A stretch of DNA of 64,000 nucleotides from contig JAUFOQ010000005.1 in the NCBI GenBank assembly GCA_040285855.1, positions 868,001-932,000 of the forward strand, read 5' to 3'. The DNA is from Eukaryota sp. GEM-RC1 (lineage: Eukaryota). Made by a program: the position numbers and the translations under genes. Under the pieces are notes generated by a model. That model saw only the letters and a program-made list of their open reading frames with translations. It searched no databases and had not been told where the DNA came from. Shown piece after piece: positions 1 through 11,659 of the stretch; position 1 is the stretch's first letter, and each line of letters opens with the position of its first letter.

Positions 1-1305
1 ACGAAGTATTTGGAAACAATAAGAGCATAAGTCTCTTTCATTCTAGAATTTTTAAATTTGTACCTTATTGAAGTTTTACTTGAGAGCCTGAATAATTCAT
101 TTAGTCCGAAATTCCCAAAGGCGTGATCATCAAAAATAATTAAAAGAAGTGCAAAATTTGTCTGTAAAGACTCGGTAAGGACGCAAACTTCTTCACAAGA
201 AGATAAACCAATATAAAGAACTTGCAGGGTGGTGTTGATGGAAAGTGCTTGGGAAAACTTCACCAAATCATCAAAATCAAAAGTAATTCCACTCAAATTT
301 AACGAACAAATATTGGTATTGTGCTCCACTAATTCAATCAAGGGGCAAAAACCATTCCTAAAAAAGGCATCGTTAAGATAATCATCGATGTAATGGGAGT
401 TGCAATTGGCAATGCTGACGTCACGTATACAGGTATTAAACTGAAAGGATTTGACAATTGAAGGACCGGTAAAAGAGGAGTTCCACTATAATAGCTGAAA
501 AACAAAATTCATCAAGAATTAAAATTTTCATTGTCAGATGTGCGAATAAATTATCAATGGTCAATGTTTCATATTGCATTTCATCACAGACAATCACTGT
601 AGACGATAATTCAACAGAACCTGGTTTGAGACGATCAATCAAATCGATAAATGAGTGCAAAGTCTTGAGCATAAGAGTAGAATTAGAAATTGTGATATAT
701 TTTAAACTACTTGTTTTCAGTGTCTTGAAAACATCAGAAAACTCATTGTCATGAAAAATAGCTTTAAGTGTCAGTCGTTCAATATTTGTTGTTTCAAAAA
801 GTCGCTGCAAACCAGAAATAAATTCTTCATCAACATCATCAGCACACATCTCGGAGAAATCCAGAGTAAGATCGTAAAGATTTAGTGCGGAGAGAACAGA
901 GATGAATGAGTCAAAGAAGTCCAGAACTAAATCTAGGTCAACCGTGACATGGGAAAGGTGAAAAAGTGGAAGTATTTGAGATTTGGACTGAACCATGGGA
1001 GTCAAGTCTTGATTGTATTGGATGATGAGATGAGTTGGAATACAGTTGAGATTGAAATGAGCTGCCAATCGTTCGAGGTCATGTTTTGTGTCAAGACATC
1101 TAACGACATGGATTTGAGAGGCAAGAAACACACGGAAGGCATTCTTGGCAATGTTGAAGAAAAGTTGAGATACAAAACCAAAAGATTCAATGAATATATA
1201 ATAGCACAAATGAAGAGGGTTATACGAGGGATGAATATTCCTTAGGAGGTGTAGAGATATACATGAGATGAGAGTCTGGGGAAGTCTAACTGGTTTGCGA
1301 GGCAT
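1..1305 (-). CDS. Divergent leucine-rich-repeat (RI-like) protein, 5' part; frameshift near 436; runs off the window start
   Basis: The 289-aa ORF begins with the family N-terminal motif QTLISCISLHLLR (compare QQSLLVLVHLHLLR in the neighbours). Below 436 another frame continues with LRR-like text (NTNICSLNLSG, SINTTLQVLYIG). Confidence 0.6.
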
Positions 1306-1585
1306 TAACTAAAAGTTAACAACAAATCACTGTACAGCAGTTTGTTTTAGGCAATAGAAGATCATTGTGCGTCATGAAGTTTTACTGGATCACTACAGTT
1401 CCAAGAGCAGCAACATTCGGGATGAAGTATAGATTCTGAGAACATTTTCCAAGAACTTGGCCATAACAATATGATAACACCTTCATTATTAAAAAAAGAC
1501 GTGGATCTGTTACGTGGAATTTTGTGAGTCTTGTAAACAAATGTACTAATGTAGTACCTGGAAAGGACATTTAGCACGTTTTAAT

Positions 1586-1700
1586 TAGAGCTGTCAACGG
1601 CTTGAGCCGAATGGTTCGGCTTGTAAAATTCCAAACTGGCTTGGCTTTGGCTTGAGCCATTTGAGTAAGCCGAACCAAAGTGACAAGTCGACTTGTCAGT
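1586..1700. mobile_element. Possible solitary hAT-type element end
   Basis: TAGAGCTGTCAA followed by clustered GGCTT/GAGCC/AAGCC motifs and a perfect 18-bp palindrome TGACAAGTCGACTTGTCA (1681-1698). No partner TIR found. Confidence 0.3.
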
Positions 1701-2186
1701 TTAGTTTTACCAATATTAGTTTTAATCTGATTAATTTGATACAGTTAATGCTCCGATAAATGCTAGTAATTGAACAACTTTGTGTAATTTTACTGCTCTT
1801 AAGATACGTGCTTCGTCTTTTGAAAACTCAGTTGTGTATAGTCATTAAGTCTTTGACTAGAAACAGGGGAGTGAAAAAGCAGAATTCCTATTGTCCACTA
1901 CTATGTGTTCAAGTAAAGTCTCATCACAAACACCATGTCGACAAACAATTAAAATAACTGTTCAACAATTGATGGACTATTCTGCTGGTCGATAGATAGA
2001 TATCAAATGTCGTACACATTTCTAAAATCACAACTGAGACATACTACATGTACAATGTGTTAAAGAAACATGAGTGAATTCAACAACAAAATTCCATTTT
2101 TATTTATAAGTTTTATGTTGAACATCGACTGTTCTGGACAGAAAATAGAAGATGACTCTTAAATCGTTCCAAACTAAAAAAAAAGA

Positions 2187-4431
2187 TTAAATCCGTAAAA
2201 GAACACGATCATTAAATAAATCTTTTAGCCAACAAAATGTTGTAGATCCAACACAATCCATGGAGATTGTAATGGTAACAAAGAAATTGACTTGTAAAGC
2301 AGCAGTCAAACCCTCAGCTCCAGTTTTTCCAATGGGATTTCTACCCAAATCTACTGATGTAAGTGAAGAATTGGTTATTAAAGCATTAGCAATTGCAACA
2401 GCACCTTCAGGACCGATGGAATTACCATAGAGAGAAATTTCAGTAATTGAAGAATTTTCTTTTAAGGCATCGCCCAAAGCAATAACACCTTTGCCCCAAT
2501 GGAATTGTTACTTAGGTCTAACTTAGTAAGTGACGTGTTGATTGTGAGAGCTTCTGCAATCACAGAACCAAATCCTGAGCCAATGTTACAGTTATTCAGA
2601 CTGAGTTTGGAAACAGAACAATTAACTTTCAAAGCATTGCCCATTTCAATTGCACCTTTAGTTCCAATGGAGTTGTAACCAAGATTAAGTGAATTAACAG
2701 ATGAGTTTTCCTTTAAAGCTAATGCGATTTCAATTACTCCATCTAAGCCAATATCGTTATCTGCAATGTTAACCTCAGAAAGGGTAGAATTCTCTTTCAA
2801 AGAGTGTGCCAGAAATATTGCTCCTTTAGTCCCGATAGTATTATGACCTAGATCAAGAACAGTAATGGTGCAGTTATCAATTAAAGAATTTGCAAGTGAC
2901 GTGGCACCTTCGAAACCAATGTCGTTACATTTGAGATTAAGCTCAGTGATTGATGAATTGACCTTCAAACTGGCGGAAATAGAGATCATCCCTTCGTTTC
3001 CAAGTCCATTGTCAGTAAGATTTAATACAGTGATTGAAGAATTGACCTTCAGGAAATCAGCAACTGTCATTGCTCCCTCAGGTCCAAAATCAACTGATTG
3101 TAAATCTAATTTAGTAAGCGAGGAATTCAACTTCAAACCATTAGCAATTGCAATGACTCCGTGAACTCCAATGGGAGTAAATCCCAAGTATAATTCAGTA
3201 AGAACATTATTGACTTTTAATGTTTCTGCAATCGCAATAGCTCCATCTCGTCCAAAATGATTGGACTGTAAATCAAGAATGGCAATCGATGAGTTTGATT
3301 CAAGAGCATTAGCCAAGTCAATAACGTCATCAGTTTCAATTGCGTTGTTGCCCAAGAATAATTCTACTAGTGTTGAATTAATAGTTAACGCTTCTGCGAT
3401 AGCAATAGCAGCTTCTTGACCAATATTATTTCCTGTCAAGTCAATTCTAAAAATAGAGGAGTTAATTTTTAAAGTCTCAGCAATTGCAATAGCTCCTGTT
3501 GGCCCAATAGAGTTGTTACGAAGCGAAATGATTTTAACTGAAGAATTCTTCGTTAAACCATGAGCAATGGCAACGGCTCCATCATCACCAATAGAATTGT
3601 AATTCAAATCAATTTCAATAAGAAATGAATTCAATTTCAGAACTTTTGCAATTAAATCAGCTCCATTAACATCTATTAAATTGTTGTTTAAAATGATTTT
3701 AGTAACAGAAGAATTCACCTTTAGAGAATTACAGACATCTTCGAAACCTTTCTTAGTCATTGAACTGTTAGAAAGGTCAACTTCAGTCAAACAGGGAAGG
3801 AAAGCATTGGCTGAAGGATGAAGAGAGTCAACATTAAAGGAATCAAAAGAAGACACACGAATAGAGTAAACATTCATAGGGGTAAAAGGAACATGATCCC
3901 AATCGATAGAACTAAGTTGACAACTCAAATGAACACGGTGTAGTCGTGAGTCTAAATAGTTGCAAAGAGAAGAGATTTGGGACAGACTTGAAAAGAAATA
4001 TCAACAAGATGAGATGAAAGAAACATTTTGACAACAGTTCTGGTTTTCGTAAAGAAAGACAAACTGACAAAGCCTATTGTGTTATAGAAATTACGAATAT
4101 CACGATATAGTTTGGAAACAGTAATTCCAGCAAGATGGTGTTTGCAACCGGACAGTTTCATGAATAACTTATACAGAACTAAAATGACTGAGCTTTCAGG
4201 TAATGAGAGAGAGGAACAAGAGGATTGTATACAGCTGGCATCATCAGTGGCCTGTGAGCTCAGTTGAACAAGATCAGTAGGAGTAAGAGAGCTTGAACCC
4301 AATGAATGAGTAAATGAAGGGTTTGAAAGGATGGAATCATGATGGTGACCAATGGATTCGTCATTGACAGAAGAATGATTCGTGACAGTATTTACAAGTG
4401 AATTGTGCACGGTGTGAGAAGCAGTTGTCAT
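2187..4431 (-). CDS. RI/NLRC3-type leucine-rich-repeat protein, split into three ORFs by two frameshifts
   Basis: ORFs 3952-4431, 2462-3928 and 2187-2477 are contiguous. They carry many 28-aa repeats of the form LKxNSSLTxLDLxxNxIGxxGAxAIAxA after a Ser-rich N-terminus. Confidence 0.85.
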
Positions 4432-4539
4432 TGAAGCTAACTAGTGATTGAATTACATAGGATTGATATAATGTTGTTTGCCCTACTTGAGTTTTACTCA
4501 CTGCTAGGGGCTACAACACTCAAAATAACACTGTTTTAT

Positions 4540-4558
4540 GGTGTGTGTGTGTGTGTGT
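4540..4558. repeat. (GT)n microsatellite
   Basis: Perfect GT run. Confidence 0.9.
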
Positions 4559-5249
4559 ACTGGCGACGTAAAAGATTTGGGACTAATAGCTGAATTGATC
4601 GCATTCAGTACAATACCAGTTGCCTAATACCGACCGCAAAATACTTTGTGAGACTCTCAAAAAGGCTACAAGCACCTTTGCTTGGGAAATTTGTGATATA
4701 AACCTACTCTATATGACTTAACTTTTAATTTTGTACTTGCTTTAGTTAATGATGTTATCCACAGGTGTTAGTGAAGTGTTACTAGTACGTATAATTGTAG
4801 TTATAAATCCCTCTACGTTTTTATGTATGTACGATCGTGTGTCATTTTTTGAGAATGCTTCCCACTTCTATCACAACAAATCTGGTTGTGAAATAGCAAA
4901 CCTTTTAGTTCTGGTAATCTATTATTTCCTGTTGATATCAAAGCATCATGTTGGAACATTCCTTGGACTTGACTTTTGAGATGCTTTCAAATTTTGTTTT
5001 AATTACTTTTCAAAGTTCAAAGTATACAGTTCGTCTTAGCTTAATCAGAAAACAATCCAGTTTTCACGGATTATTCAATTGATGTACAGGAGAGTCCTGT
5101 TAGAGCGTACAATAATCCAATCCCACTTAGTTGAGGTCTACTATTAACTGATTGTCTGTAAACTATAATAGTGAGGTAAATTTTTGCATTTGTGTTTACA
5201 AATAACCCGTCATATATCAAAACTACAATTAAGTTAATTACTACTGTAA

Positions 5250-6776
5250 TTAACAACAACTCAGCTCACTTACTCCCACTATTTCAACTCTATGATTAAC
5301 TTTCAACGCATCTGCTAATGCTTTTGCACCTTCAGCTTCAATAGAGTTACTCTCCAAAACAATACTTGTAACGGAAGTATTAACTTTCAACGCCTCCGCC
5401 AAAGCTTTTGCACCTTCATCTCCAATAGAATTGATACTTAGATTAATACTTGTAACGGAAGTATTGACTTTCAACGCCTCCGCCAAAGCTCTTGCACCTT
5501 CAACTCTGATATAGTTGAGAGTTAGATCAACACTTGTAATTGAAGCATTAACTTTCAATGCCTCCGCCAAAGCTCTTGCACCTTCAGCTCCGATAGAATT
5601 GTAACTGACATCAACAATTGAAACTGAAGCGTTAAGTTTCAAAGCATCTGTCAAAGCTCTGGCACCTTCATCTCCGATAGAATTGCGCTCCAGATCAACA
5701 CTTGTAACTGAAGCATTAAGTTTCAAAGCATCTGCCAAAGCTCTGGCACCTTCATTTCCGATAGAATTTCGACCTAGATTAATACTTGTAACTGTAACAT
5801 TAACTTTCAAGGTATCTGCTAGAGCTCTGGCACCTTCAGCTCCAATATTGTTTTTATGCAGATTAAGTTTGGTAACTGTATTATTCACTTTTAAAGCATC
5901 TGCCAATGATTTAGCACCTTCAGCTCCAATAGAGTTTCCACCTAGATGAACACTGGAAACTGTAGCATTAACTTTCAACGCTTCTGCTAAAGCTCTGGCG
6001 CCTTCAGCTCCTATATTGTTTTGATGTAAATTAAGAGTAGTAACTGTATTATTGACTTTCAACGCATCTGCCAACGATTTAGCACCTTCAGCTCCAATAG
6101 AGTTGCTCAACATAGAAACACCAGTAACTGAAGTATTAACTTTTAACGCCGCTGCCAAAGCTCTGGCACTTTGATCACCCATAGAGTAGAAGCCCAGGTC
6201 AATACTTGTAACTGAATTATTGGTTTTCAAAGCTTCAATCAATAACATAGAAACAGAGCGGCGTCGTACAACCACTTCTAGTTGCTTAAGAAATGTAAAT
6301 GATGAAGAAGCATTGTTTAGAAACTCTATATCAGAAGGTTCTCGTAGTAAGATCCTCAATCCTGTAACTAAATCAGAATAATTGAGATATTTCGCAATTT
6401 CCAAGGTTCCGTAAGTGTGCAAGAAAACAGACTCTAGATCTGCTCCACAGAAAGAAGCAAGTGAAATTAGTTTGGGAAAGTGTTTGAGATCAGCGTGAAA
6501 TGTGTGTAATTGAAAATTAACTTTAACTGCTTGGAGTGAAGAATCAAGGAAGTGATTACTTACATAGCCAACTTGTCCAAAGAATACAGGTAAAACTGTT
6601 TTCAAAGCAGTGAGTTGACGATTAGTTAGATTAGGAATCTTGTTGATAGTGTGACTAAGAAGCCGTCTCAGCAAGTGGAGGTGGACCAGAACCAACAAAG
6701 ACTGCTGAACATGGACACGTTTAGAAAGAGGGCGTGCGAATGAAGATGATGTAGACAGTTCGCCACAGTTAGACAT
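5250..6776 (-). CDS. RI/NLRC3-type leucine-rich-repeat protein (intact ORF)
   Basis: About 11-12 near-identical 28-aa repeats (ALKVNxSVTSxxLxxNSIGxEGAxALAx). First ATG is at 6776; the ORF track starts at a TTG at 6821. Confidence 0.9.
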   Translation of the reverse strand: MSNCGELSTSSSFARPLSKRVHVQQSLLVLVHLHLLRRLLSHTINKIPNLTNRQLTALKTVLPVFFGQVGYVSNHFLDSSLQAVKVNFQLHTFHADLKHFPKLISLASFCGADLESVFLHTYGTLEIAKYLNYSDLVTGLRILLREPSDIEFLNNASSSFTFLKQLEVVVRRRSVSMLLIEALKTNNSVTSIDLGFYSMGDQSARALAAALKVNTSVTGVSMLSNSIGAEGAKSLADALKVNNTVTTLNLHQNNIGAEGARALAEALKVNATVSSVHLGGNSIGAEGAKSLADALKVNNTVTKLNLHKNNIGAEGARALADTLKVNVTVTSINLGRNSIGNEGARALADALKLNASVTSVDLERNSIGDEGARALTDALKLNASVSIVDVSYNSIGAEGARALAEALKVNASITSVDLTLNYIRVEGARALAEALKVNTSVTSINLSINSIGDEGAKALAEALKVNTSVTSIVLESNSIEAEGAKALADALKVNHRVEIVGVSELSCC

Positions 6777-7031
6777 CACAAAGGAGATACTAGAAATGGA
6801 TGAATGACTCTTATTGAACAAATGAAATCAGTAGTTTGAGAAATGAGGACTTCACTAGGAGTCACCTCCAACACCTGTTGGCCCAATCCGTGTCGAATAC
6901 TACTATATCATTCTTCTGTATCACTTCAATGAATGTGTGTAAATTTCCACTGTTCTTGATAAAACTATATTGAATCTGCAAATGCATTATTTAACTGATT
7001 AATCATAAACCACGTTTTTGTATTGAATAAG

Positions 7032-7825
7032 CTGGGGTACTCAAAATTGAATTGGCAATTAATTGGTCCTCAAATGATGTAAACAATTAATATTGCTATT
7101 ATTGCAATTAATTGGCAATTAAATGACCAATTAATCAGTTATTGATTTATGAAAACCAAATCGGAAATTATCATACTGAATTCCAACTACAATCAACTAC
7201 CGCAAACCAATTTGCTTCACAAATCTTCGTTAAGACTTTTCATTCCCACGGAGGCTTGCTGCGCTTCAAAAACAGTTCCGAATTGAGAGTTCTGTCAGTC
7301 TAAGCCTATCCGCGCAACCAAAAATTTAGCCATAGAAAATAGTCGTTCAATCACCAAAATGGTTGCACTAATCAAACTCATGGAAATACATGGATTTTGT
7401 GCTCCCCTTCTATTCTCCTTCAGAGAATATCTTCTGGTAGAAATCGATCGCTTTCCGCCTGCCTCACCAATATCACCATTACTGTCCATATGAAGTGTTC
7501 GACACTTTAACCACTAAAACAATTTGCCTTATGTTGGTGCACTATGGACTTGAAATACATAAATCTAAGAAGATTTCATTTATGAATCAACTAATGTAGA
7601 ACAGACTATGGGACCTTGGGATAGAGAAGTTTTTGTTCACAAATTATTGTAGAGCTTTTTTTACGATTTCAATCACCTGCTCCTTATTCATAATAAATTG
7701 ATTAGACCAATAACTGGATAAGTGTACAATTAATTGCCAATTAATTGGTGGGGTCTAACGATCGACCAATTTATATTAATTGATTGGTAATAACTGAATT
7801 GTCAATTCAATTTTGAGTATCCCTG
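7032..7825. mobile_element. Non-autonomous hAT deletion derivative (794 bp)
   Basis: 29-bp TIRs with 3 mismatches (left CTGGGGTACTCAAAATTGAATTGGCAATT; right, read inward, CAGGGATACTCAAAATTGAATTGACAATT). 8-bp TSD TGAATAAG/TGAATGAG (7/8). CAATT/AATTG subterminal repeats. Internal minus-strand peptide SATILVIERLFSMAK resembles the hAT C-terminal dimerisation motif (compare ATSNVVERLFSKA in the intact transposase). Confidence 0.8.
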
Positions 7826-8503
7826 TGAATGAGTGTAGAAAATTCAAGTTCACAACAAAGTTTACTTAAATGTGGGAATTCTTGATGAGCTTTTCATGTT
7901 ATCAGTTCTGGAATTATTAGAAATCAGTTCCATTTTAGCAACTTAGTCTTGGTTTGGCTGTAACACGAGTGAAAAATAGATTAGATTCCGTTGGTTAACA
8001 TGGGACACAATCCGTATTAAGTCTAAATACATGATCGCCATTGTGAACGTAATATTCACTCTAACAAAAGTACACATCATTATTAACAAACAATTTATAC
8101 TTAATCAAACAACTTTCGAACGCGCAAGAACTAAATGCCCACGAGTATACTTAACTATCATAATCCACATGGTGCAATTTTCAACTACCTTATCTTCATA
8201 ACGTCTTCAAGAGGTAATGAAGATTGAGAGAACGAATCCACCATACCTTTGAAGATGGCAATCATAAGATATTGATTGTATTTTCCTAAAATCTGAGATC
8301 AAACATTCTAGATGTGTTTTCTCTAAAATCTTGACAAAGATCTCAAGTAATGATATCAGGTAAACTAAGGGAACCGTACAACGAAACTACAAATGTGTAC
8401 AAGTAGTTCAAGTGTTAAGCCGGATTCAATAATTTCAATTTGGTATAAGAAACGCAGAATTTGAACACTTGACAAAAAAGAACTCCCAAAAAAAACTATA
8501 AAT

Positions 8504-10441
8504 TTAACGTAATCTATTTAAATTAATTCCCGTAACTTTACCTGTATCAAGTAATTCTCTTGCTTGATTAGCTTCAAAAGAGTTATTACCCAGATTAATA
8601 CTGGTTATTATAGTATTAACTTTTAACGCTTGTACTAATGCCCTAGCACCTTCAGTTCCAATAGAATTTCCACAAAGATCAACATCTGTCAAAGTAACAT
8701 TGACTATAAACGCCTCTGCCAAAGCTGTAGCACCTGCATCTCCAATAGCATTCCAACTCAGATCAAGAGTTGTAACTGTAGAATTAATTTTAAATGCATC
8801 TGCCAATGCGAAAATGCCTTGAGATCCCATACAGTTGTTTCCAAGATTGATACTTGTTACTACATCATTGACTTTGAACGCATCTGCTAATGCTATAGCA
8901 CCTTCCATTCCAATAGAGTTTTCATTCAACTCAACATCGGTTACAGTAGTATTTACCTTTAAAGCTTCTGCAACAGCTCTAGCACCTTCATTTCCGATTC
9001 CATTTGCTCCCAAATCAATACTTGTCAGTGTGGTATTAACTGTTAGAGCAATTGCCAAAATTACAGCACCGTGAGCTCCAATGGAGTTGGACAATAAACC
9101 AATGGTTCTTACACCAGAATTAACCCTCAACGCATCTGCTAAAGCTCTACCACCTTCAGCTCCAATAGAATTCTGACTGAGATTTACACTTGTTAATGTA
9201 TCATTGATGATTAACGCTTCTGCCAATGCTATAGCACCGTCATCTTCGATAGCATTATCCCCCAAATCAATTCTGTTTAATGAAGTATTTACTTGCAAAG
9301 CATTGGACAAAGCTATGGATCCTTCAATTCCAATTGAGTTCACAATCAGAACAATACTTTTGAGAGTTTCATTAATTTTCAATGCCTCTGCCAATGCTTT
9401 AGCACCTTCATCTCTGATAGAGTTATACCTGAGATCGAGATCTGTCAATGTCTTATTAACTTTCAACGCCTCTGCCAATGCTTTAGCACCTTCATCTCTG
9501 ATGGAGTTATACCTGAGATCGAGATCTGTCAATGTGTTATTAACTTTCAACGCCTCTGCCAATACTTTAGCACCTTCAGCTCCGACAGAATTTCCACTCA
9601 GACAGATAATTGAAACTGAAGCATTAACTTTCAACGCATCTGCCAATGCTTTAGCACCTTCAGCTCGAATGAAGTTTCCGCCTAAATTAATTCTTCTAAT
9701 CGTGGAATTTATTTTTACTGCATCTGATAAAGCCACAATACTGTCATCTCCAATAGAATTGTACCTCAAATCAAGATCGGTCACTGTATTATTAACTTTT
9801 AGCAACTTTGAAAATGCCACAGCACCTTCAGCTCCGATAGATCGTCCACAGAGATTAATAGAAAGTTGCTTAAGATGTGGAAAACTCAAAGAAATACGGT
9901 CCAGAAGCTCCATATCATTGTGAAGCTCTAGTTTTACCTCAAATCCTTCAATGATATGAGAATAGTGAAGAAACTCACCAACTTTAGACACCCCATTTAC
10001 ATGCAAGAAAACAAACTGCACATCTGCTTTAAAGAGAGAAACAAAAGAGAAGAGTTGAGGAAGGTCCTCTGGATTAACAGGAAACGTGTTTGATTGAACA
10101 AAACCCCTAACTGCTAAAAGAGCAGAGTCAAAGAAGTGACGGCTTAAATATGCAAATTTCTTGAAGAAAGAAGGCAGTACTTGCTTCAAACTGGGGAGAG
10201 ATCGGATGGATTCAGTATGATTTACCTCCCAAACAGGTGTTAAGAAACGTTTTAGAACGTGTAGATGAATTAAAACCAACAAGGACTGCTGGAAGCGTAA
10301 AGTAGAAGAGCGGAGGATGAGTGGTTGTGACGAAGACAGAACGTCAGAGTTAGGTTTTAGGGAGGCTTGAGAAGCATCATTGACAGTAGTTTGTTGATTC
10401 AGTGAAAGAAAACTCGTTAGTGGAGGATTGGGACGAGTCAT
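8504..10441 (-). CDS. RI/NLRC3-type leucine-rich-repeat protein (intact, 645 aa)
   Basis: Family N-terminal motif QQSLLVLIHLHVLKR followed by about 15 28-aa LRRs. Confidence 0.9.
   Translation of the reverse strand: MTRPNPPLTSFLSLNQQTTVNDASQASLKPNSDVLSSSQPLILRSSTLRFQQSLLVLIHLHVLKRFLTPVWEVNHTESIRSLPSLKQVLPSFFKKFAYLSRHFFDSALLAVRGFVQSNTFPVNPEDLPQLFSFVSLFKADVQFVFLHVNGVSKVGEFLHYSHIIEGFEVKLELHNDMELLDRISLSFPHLKQLSINLCGRSIGAEGAVAFSKLLKVNNTVTDLDLRYNSIGDDSIVALSDAVKINSTIRRINLGGNFIRAEGAKALADALKVNASVSIICLSGNSVGAEGAKVLAEALKVNNTLTDLDLRYNSIRDEGAKALAEALKVNKTLTDLDLRYNSIRDEGAKALAEALKINETLKSIVLIVNSIGIEGSIALSNALQVNTSLNRIDLGDNAIEDDGAIALAEALIINDTLTSVNLSQNSIGAEGGRALADALRVNSGVRTIGLLSNSIGAHGAVILAIALTVNTTLTSIDLGANGIGNEGARAVAEALKVNTTVTDVELNENSIGMEGAIALADAFKVNDVVTSINLGNNCMGSQGIFALADAFKINSTVTTLDLSWNAIGDAGATALAEAFIVNVTLTDVDLCGNSIGTEGARALVQALKVNTIITSINLGNNSFEANQARELLDTGKVTGINLNRLR
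9384..9563. repeat. Recent 84-bp tandem duplication of one LRR unit
   Basis: Units starting at 9384 and 9468 are nearly identical at nucleotide level (TLTDLDLRYNSIRDEGAKALAEALK twice). Confidence 0.85.
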
Positions 10442-11659
10442 AATAGTTGATACTGTGAATTTCTTTTCGGGTGCTTAACACCATTTTCGCTCCAGACTCC
10501 TAAAACGTTGTTCACTGTCATTCTTTCTCCTCCTGTGTCATCTGTTTCGATCTTGTTATGCCTTACGGTAACCTTCCTCAACCTCCTAGTTCAATTGCTG
10601 TCATGGAAAACTCGATTGGTTTGATTTGAATTCTTTGAGGTATCATACTTCTTTATATACACTTGTTCGTAGATTTCGCTATACGGTTGCTGTGATTTCC
10701 TATCACAAAAATAGACACTTCGACTCTCTGACCAGTTTCAGAAAGGTATCCGCCTCTTCTGATTCAATGTCAGCCAGATCCATAGACATAACAACTTCCT
10801 CAACAGGCACTTGGCTACTCTGAGCGGAACTCATCACACATATCATTCGTTCAGGTAGAAACGGTATCAACTCTTTTGGTTAACGAAAAGGATGTTACAT
10901 ATAGTTGTTTGGATTGAGGGATTCTCTTCAATTTGTCTTATTTTTTGTAGTTGTTGAAAAACTGTCAGAACGTGTGAACATGAATACCCATTCTTTAAGG
11001 GATTAAGATGAACATGATAGGATCTATACATAATAAGAAGTTTTTCAAAAATACAGTGTATTAAAACGTTGTAATATTCGATCGAAAAAATACATAATGA
11101 GCTCATTATTAATAACACTCTAGACAAATTGATTAACATAGAATCAAAGCGAACATTTACTATACACAACGCTGTCAACTTGATGATTGAGCAAAGAACG
11201 AATTCTTAAGTTGAATCTTATGAGATTCAATCCAAAGGGACTTCTTCGTCTGGATGGATTAGTTGTTGAAGGAGAAGCGAAGTTTGGATAGAATGTCTTC
11301 TCATTAGTAAGTGATTTCCTCATTGGAGAGCCCTAGGCAAAGACTTGAACATCACAAGGGGAAGCAGAGCTAAAGAAACTGTAAGGGAGATGCTAAGAAA
11401 CAAGAAGTGGGATGACTAGCAGGAAGTGGTGGGTGTATGGAAGGAATCTAGAAGGGAAGATGGCAATAGGATACCGAGAGCAAGTGATGTAGGACTAAGA
11501 GAGTCAGAGCATTGCAGATACATAGGATGAGAGGACCTAGGACTAGCAAATGACCGTGTAAGACAAGGCTTCAAATTATAAAGGTGTGACTATAACAGGG
11601 GTGGGAAACTCAATATGATGAAAGGAAAGTGATTATGGTTGACCGGAAACTTCGACACC

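Noticed and set aside
9204..9923. Plus-strand ORFs over the LRR genes (also 2865-3164, 5683-5949, 8835-9074)
   Set aside because: Antisense shadows of repetitive LRR codons.
10450..11575. Partner transposase or accessory gene upstream of the Fanzor
   Set aside because: Only short broken ORFs. It looks like a decayed or frameshifted minus-strand host gene, with no DDE, HUH or recombinase motif recognisable.
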